Positions 57,163 through 64,000 of a stretch of DNA of 64,000 nucleotides are shown here, piece after piece. Below the pieces are notes generated by a model. It searched no databases. It had not been told where the DNA came from and worked only from the letters and a program-made list of their open reading frames with translations. The stretch spans positions 33,790,001 through 33,854,000 of the forward strand of contig OZ024746.1 of assembly GCA_964016885.1 (NCBI GenBank), read 5' to 3'. The stretch's first letter is position 1, and the number at the start of each line of letters is the position of its first letter. A program made the translations under genes and the position numbers. Source of the DNA: Eledone cirrhosa. Its lineage: Eukaryota.

Positions 57163-59230
57163 TTTTCTTTATTAACCACAAGGGTTCACATAAAGTAGAC
57201 ATTAAGGACAGTACAGGACAATACAGGACGGTACAAATGGGCATTTCTGCGTGTAAAAAAACAGAGGTTGAAATAAAATAACAAAGAAAAATTCCCCAAT
57301 AGGGGGGAGACTTCCAAGGGACATTTGTGGAGAAAGCCCATTAAAAGACCACAGTGACCCTGACCACCAGGGCAAGTGCCCTCTCCCAGTTTTCCACCTT
57401 TAATTTACAGACACATACTCAGAGTAGGCCCATTCATTCGGGCCATACTTGCTTTTCTCACCCATCTTTCAACAAAATGATGGGAAGAGAGCACTTCCCT
57501 CTCTACCCTAATTTTCCCTTTCAAATGAAATTTGAAAAAGTTAATCAGCGCATCACCGAAGAGGTAAGTGCTCGTCTTCAGCCCTTTCAAACCTGTCCAC
57601 CATACTATCTCTTTCGCCATGGCCACCAGACAGATAAAAACTGCCTGCCCTTCCCGGCTAAAGGAGGAGGGCTGATAGCTGATAGCTGATAGCTGATAGC
57701 TGGATCCGCCCTACACGTGACAGCAGGTGTTCGACATAAACCCACAAGTCAGCAATGCTCGGACACTGGACGAGTGCGTGCAGGACGGTTTCGTTGCCCT
57801 GCGCGCATCTCGGACATGCCCGGCTGACGGCACCTCCATGCCTGTAGAGTTTATCCCGAACTGGCAAAGCTCCTCGGTAGCACTGCCAGGCCAGGGATTT
57901 CTGGAAGTTGTCCATAGGCCCCGGCCCGAAAGTCCTTCCGAAGAGATTGGCTAGTTGATTTTCGTCGACGCCTAGAGTTTCTCCAAGTACGTCGTCGTTC
58001 TTCCCCTCCACTAATCCCCTATAGAACGCCAAGGTGGAGTTTCCACCAATCACATTGCCCGATTGGTCGAGGGCTGTGAGCGCCTGAAGACATTCCAGTC
58101 TCCAAGCGCTCCCTCTCGGTCTTTCTTTTGACCCAGGACTGCAGCTCCGACAAGGAGACGAGCTGGGGAAAAACGCGTCTAGCAAACGGTGACCACACCT
58201 GATCACGTCGAGGAAGAGGTGGAGATGTCGTAGCCTGAGCGCGTGCCTGCGCATCATCAGCCACGGCATGCCCAGCCCTCCACGTAGCGGGTGTTGAAAG
58301 CAGATGGACCGCCTGGCCATCGGAGCGCGTCCCTTCCACAAGAAGCGAAAGAGCAAACGCTCCAGCTCAGTCAGGCGGGGTTTAGGACAAGGTACGACGG
58401 TCAGGCGGTAGTAGATGACGGACGCGATGTACGCGTCAGCCACCTCCGCTCGACCTTTCAGGGATAGCTTCCTCTCGGCCCATTTCAGGGTGAGAGAAGC
58501 CACCCTGCTCGTCACCTCGTCCCAGTTTTTGTCCGTCTGGAGGTCTGGACCGAACCAGACCACTAGCAATTTAACCGGTCCGTCCGTCCAGCGCCCGACG
58601 ACGCTGTTGGACGGCATGGACCTGCCTCTCCAGGTGCCGAGCTGCATGCCCACTGACTTTTCCTGGTTGATCATTGCTCCTGTCACCGCTTCGTATTCTC
58701 TTAGTGTAGTGCCGATCACCTCGATGTGTTTGGCGTTCGACATCACTACGGTGACATCGTCGGCATATGCTGACACGGATCTTCCGCATCCTAGTTCGCG
58801 CGGGCTGCCCCCTCAAAGTCTCCAGTTTGTGCAGTAATGGCTCGAGAGTCAATACGTACAAGAGGGACGAGAGGGGACATCCTTGGCGGACCGAGCGCAT
58901 GATGTTAGCCGTTCACTCTGACCACAGAGCAGATGTGGCTGTACATGGCAGCGATCCAGCCTCTGAAGACGGGCCCAAAGCCAGCCGCCCTCAGGACTGC
59001 TGCTAGGTAACGATGGTCGACCCTATCGAAAGCTTTCGACTGATCTAAATTGATCAAGGGCCCACTCGTGTCAGGTTCCATAGCTACCCTCTCTACGATG
59101 TATCGCATGAGGTGGAGGTTGTCGTGGATGGATCTGTCGGGAATGGCGCATGTCTGCGCCTCACCCACCGGACCACCAACGACAAGCGCCAACATCTTTG
59201 CTAGCACATTGGCCAAAATCTTGAACTCTG
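57130..59230 (-). mobile_element. 5'-truncated L1/Tx1-clade LINE, related to 10455-16125
   Basis: RT/zf ORF pieces (LDQSKAFDRV, RQGCPLS, SAYADD, CPRC..ETVLHALVQC) share long identical peptides with the first copy; (TTA)n tail at ~57130-57161. Confidence 0.92.
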
Positions 59231-60755
59231 GAAAGCATCCAGCAAATAGCAAACTCCATCCACCAGAGCATTAGAGTTACTATAGACTACCCAAGTAGAC
59301 ACCCCAACCATCGATTACCTGTACTAGACACAGAGCTCTGGTTAGATACCATTAACAACAAAAAACAAATCCTCCATTCCCATTATGCCAAACCCATAAC
59401 TTCCAAACATCTGATCCACCGAAACTCGGCCATTTCGGACCATACCAAAATCAACATACTGATTGCGGATTTGGTACGGGTGATGAGAAATGTGTCCCGC
59501 ATGTGCAACCCCGAAGAACTAGAGAGACACATACAACACTTCATCCACCGTATGCAGTTCTCTGGCTACAATCAGAGAGATAGAATCAGAGTGTATAGAG
59601 GAGCCAGAACCAAATGGGAAAAAATGGTAAATAATGACATAAATGGGACCCGCCCCTTGTATAGGAGCAAATTTTGGAATAGAATAGAAAGAACTAGGAA
59701 CAAGGCTAATAGAATAAACTCATGGTATGATAGCAATAAATACCAGAGTGTAATGTTCATCGATACAACCCCTAGAGGCGAACTAGCCTACAAATTTAGA
59801 AGGGCCCTAAATAAACATAAATTCAATATTAAGATAGTAGAAAGACCACGTATCTCCGTAAAAACACTTATTAGCAAGACATACTCGTTTCAAAGACCCT
59901 CATGTATAGATAAGAAATGTATAACCTGTAAAATAAGCCCCCATCTTAACTGTAAAACTAGAAATGTAGTGTATAGCATAAGATGTACTGAAGGGCAATG
60001 TAGAAACAAAAATATAGTGTACATAGGTGAGACAGCTCGTAGTATAGGGGAACGGATAAATGAACACTGGCGAGACCTTCAAGATAATAAAGAATCATCT
60101 GTACTCTACCAACATGCTAAGATAGAACACAAGGGTAAATTAGAGAACATAGAAATAAAAATAGAATCTACACACAGAAAAGATGCAATGTTTAGACAAA
60201 TTACAGAGGCAATAAACATAAAAGAATTACAACCAAAATTAAATAGAAAATATGAGTGGAACAGCAACATCACAACTTACAAGTAAGGACAAAATGAAAA
60301 CACACACACACATAGAACAAACAACCAACCAATAACATGTAAATAAATAAATAAATAAACAAATAGATAAATGAACATAAACACACACAGACACCCGGAT
60401 GTGGCGCATGCGCAAGCTGAGCACACAACACACACACAGAAACAAAATGGCGTAGGACAGAAGAAAGGAAAGGTACAGAAACAAAGAAAGGAATCCCCAG
60501 TCACTGAAGAGGTCACATGGTGTGTGACGAAAGGACTATGACTATATATAAACAACTATCTGGTTGTAGAACCAACAAACCAACCAGAAATTTATAAATT
60601 TGTAAATTTGTAAATTTATAAATATATATTAAATTGAAGTGAAAGCAACTGGTGCATGTGTTTCTTATTGGCAACATGACCCTCCCAAAGTATAACAATA
60701 TCGTTTTCAACACACGATTTCAGATAAAGAATCTTGCTAAACAAATTCAGAAACG

Positions 60756-60760
<5 letters not shown>
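59231..60760 (+). mobile_element. Penelope-like element 3' half (Neptune-like): RT thumb + GIY-YIG + pseudo-LTR
   Basis: IANSIHQSIRVT..RLPVLD at ~59246-59330; ORF 59471-60286 with C..C..CKTRNVVYSIRC..YIGETARSIGERINEH..EAINI..LN; pLTR with HHR follows. Confidence 0.9.
60499..60543 (+). ncRNA. Minimal type-I hammerhead ribozyme in PLE pseudo-LTR
   Basis: agtca-CTGAAGA-g-gtcaca-tggtg-tgtgac-GAAA-ggac-TA-tgact; 5-bp stem I, 6-bp stem II. Confidence 0.8.
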
Positions 60761-60807
<47 letters not shown>

Positions 60808-63800
60808 ATAATAATAAATTTGAAGATTAAATCCAAAGTGGGCTCGTTAAGGATAAATATATATCAGATATATTCCGTTAAGGGTGAAAGCAGCGATTCT
60901 TTGCTTAAACTTTAATTTGTTATTTTAATATATATGTATATTAGAAAGTGAGGTTTTTTTTTACAAAATGAAAAATAACAGATGTGTCCTACACGAGTGA
61001 ATGTATAAAGAAAAAATATGAAATCGAAAATGCAACTGGAGTGTTATTTAAAAATATATATATATATATATTTGTTTCCTTTACCGGTTTCGAAGTTCAA
61101 AAGTAGACTTTAGATGGAGGGTCTGTGGTTTTTCTCACACATATATATAGGAAAATGTATGACCCGGCGGCAGAGCTCAAGCCGTTTCGACGGCTATTGC
61201 AGGACTAAATTAGAATTTATTTACCACGCTAAACATTCTAATTATAGTCCTGAAATATACGTCGAAATGGCTTGAGCTCTGCCATCGGGTCATACTTGTT
61301 TATATCACCCTCTCTACTACCCTAAGTATTGAGTAGTCTGGTGCGTTATGGAAATGAAACACGAAATAGTTATCAGTTAGGAGGGCATCCTTATTACCTT
61401 TAATAGCAGAAAACAATCATGCGGCTTTGTTATACAAATGTAGTTTCTACATGTTTTTTGCACATTTCTAAATAATTCGCATTAAAATGTATCTTTTTCT
61501 CACTAAATAATGTCACATGGTTTCTTCAGAATGTTCAAAGTTCAAATGTCACAGATTGCAACTTTTTATTACAAAATACGAAACATTGTTTCCATTGCAA
61601 TTTGAATCGACACTCCACTAGTTGTGTGCATGTTTCTCAAGATTTCTGTGCCAATTGATATGTTTCTTATTTCTAAAGTCATTGCTAGAACAAAATAGAC
61701 ATATCTCATCTTCACAAACCGTCAATATTTCCTTTCAAATATGGCATGAATTTCATAGGGAAAATATATCTGTTTGATGTTTTTAATGAAGGGGCATGTT
61801 TAAATCAAGTACCTCAATAATATGTTATTCATGCAAATTGCAAAAAAAAAAAAGAAAAAAAAAGAAAAAATACCCAAAGCATATTGCTTTTGTCTCGAGA
61901 AAATGTAGTGAGATATCCCTGTTTGGAGTAATTACCGTATGAAAGATTCATTTATATATATACACATACGTGATTAAACAATTAATTATCAGTGTGGCAT
62001 TTATGCGAGTTTAATCAATTAATTCCAATATAAGCCGGATTAAACATTCTGCGTCATTCGTAGACTGCTACACATCGGCTTATTGCTATACGAATGAATA
62101 GGAAGACAAGGTTGTATTTCTCGTATTTCAATTTATTTAATATATTTCCGTTATATGCATTTTCTGAAATGGATTTTACGTAACCTACAACGAGACAACA
62201 CACTTTCGTGAGACGACTTAACAAAAAGCAATAAAAACACCAAAAATAATTACATGAACTTAGTTCCATGCTGGGCTAAAAAATTCGTTTTTTACCTTAC
62301 AGCAAGAGTAAATTCGGCAGGATATAATCTCAGTGTATAAAGAACAAAAGCAAACTCAGATAATTTTATTCGACGCGCCTACGAATTTTCTAGTATTCCT
62401 ACATTCCTAATTATAATGGTTTCTATTTTAAGCACCAGGGCAACAATTTAACCGGAGAAAATATTCGATTCAATCGACTTCCGTGCATGACTGTCATTTT
62501 AGTTTATAAGTCAAGAAATATCAAAGGTACACATGAACTGAGAGATATTTGAAATGATGTCAGTAAGAGTCAGAAGAAACCACACAAGGAATTTTCTTCG
62601 GCGTACTAAGGATTAACCAATTCACGGCCCTGACTAACCACGTAAATAATGATATTATCAATGCGGAGTTTGAATTTAGAACTTACCGCCATAATATTGG
62701 GTGTATTTCGAATGAATTAAATGCTGACATATCCGTCAATAAAAACTTAACGTACATGACGGAACGATTGAAAAAATACATTTCCATATATGCTGCCAAA
62801 TTTCTAGTAGAAATAAACAATATGGGGAAAGGAAAGAATATCTTTTCGAAAAAGATAGTATAATGTACTGACCATTACCGAAGATTTAAGGCGTGAAGCC
62901 AACAATTTGAAAATGGTGTATGGAGGTACTTTTCTTTATCAGATTATAAGATGTATACGTTGTATCTAAGCAATTTGCACCCGTGCCGTGCACATTACTT
63001 TAGACATAGGTAGTTTCTATATTATCTGCGGAATCCGATTGTTCTGATAAACAATAGTTCACATAAGATGCTGAAAGAGACCAAGAAATCTGACGTCATG
63101 CATTTATGAAACTAAAATCATGAAAATCACATGAAAGGCGAAGGATCTATCCAAAACTTATAAAAAACAATGTTGTGTCTTTGGAGCCACAGTGTCTAGC
63201 GCATTCAGTATGAAGTTTCAAAATCAAAGCTTCCCATGATTATACCAAACATTACATTATAGTGTGATTCAGATGTTATTTTATATGCCTTTATGTTTAC
63301 CATTTGCTTTATATTATTGAATGCCTAACGCCAGAGTCGAAATAACAGCATGTTCAATGTATTTACTTAAAAGCAATATATAAAAAAGTAAACTTAGGAG
63401 ATTAATAGAAACGATGGCTGACAAAGCAATATTTTACTTTAAAATGGTGAATTTCATTTTCCATATATGTTTTTAAAGGTATTTTATTTCATCCCTTCCC
63501 TCTTATTCAAATTCATTCTTGCTCTCTCTGTCTCATTCTCACACTTTCCTCTCTCCGCCCCCCCCCCTCTCTCTCTCTCTCTCACACACTCTCTTTCACT
63601 CACTCACTTTTTCTTTTATCCCACTCTCTTTATCGTTTACTGCACTCTGCATAGTAGCTATTTGAGGTAGACATGAAAATATATGTTTAACAAAAGAACA
63701 AAGGGAGTTTGAGAAAACCATTCCTAATGACTTATATTTGTGAAAAAATATATACACACACCCCAATATACACACACACACACGCATACACACTCACATA

Positions 63801-63914
63801 TATATATGTATGTATATATATATATATATATGTACATATGTATATATGGAGAAATAAATAGATAGGTAGATAGATAAGGTATATATATATATATATATAT
63901 ACATAGAGAGAGAG

Positions 63915-63986
<72 letters not shown>

Positions 63987-64000
63987 AGTTTGTAATTGTA

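Overview
AT-rich, microsatellite-saturated animal genomic DNA. The SINE/LINE content and (TA)n/(CA)n density suggest a cephalopod (Octopus-like), which is an inference. No host protein-coding gene is recognisable; the long IYIY/CVCV ORFs are microsatellite artefacts. The window is a retroelement graveyard: five decayed Penelope-like elements (PLEs; RT + C-terminal GIY-YIG), two L1/Tx1-type LINEs, CR1 and RTE fragments, SINEs, and a duplicated internally deleted RTE. The main signal is a hidden hammerhead-ribozyme (HHR) system. At 29102-33940 a near-homogeneous array of 310-bp units (15 full + 1 partial) carries one type-I minimal hammerhead per unit. It has a PLE-style inverted 5' junction, ends in (TA)n, and shows a recurrent substitution exactly at the predicted cleavage/ligation junction. 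This fits a non-LTR retrozyme (circular-RNA replicon mobilised by PLE RT). A second 664-bp HHR repeat family and several more PLE-type HHRs, most with a family-specific palindromic stem III, are spread across the window. All structures were read by eye; no folding, alignment or database search was run.
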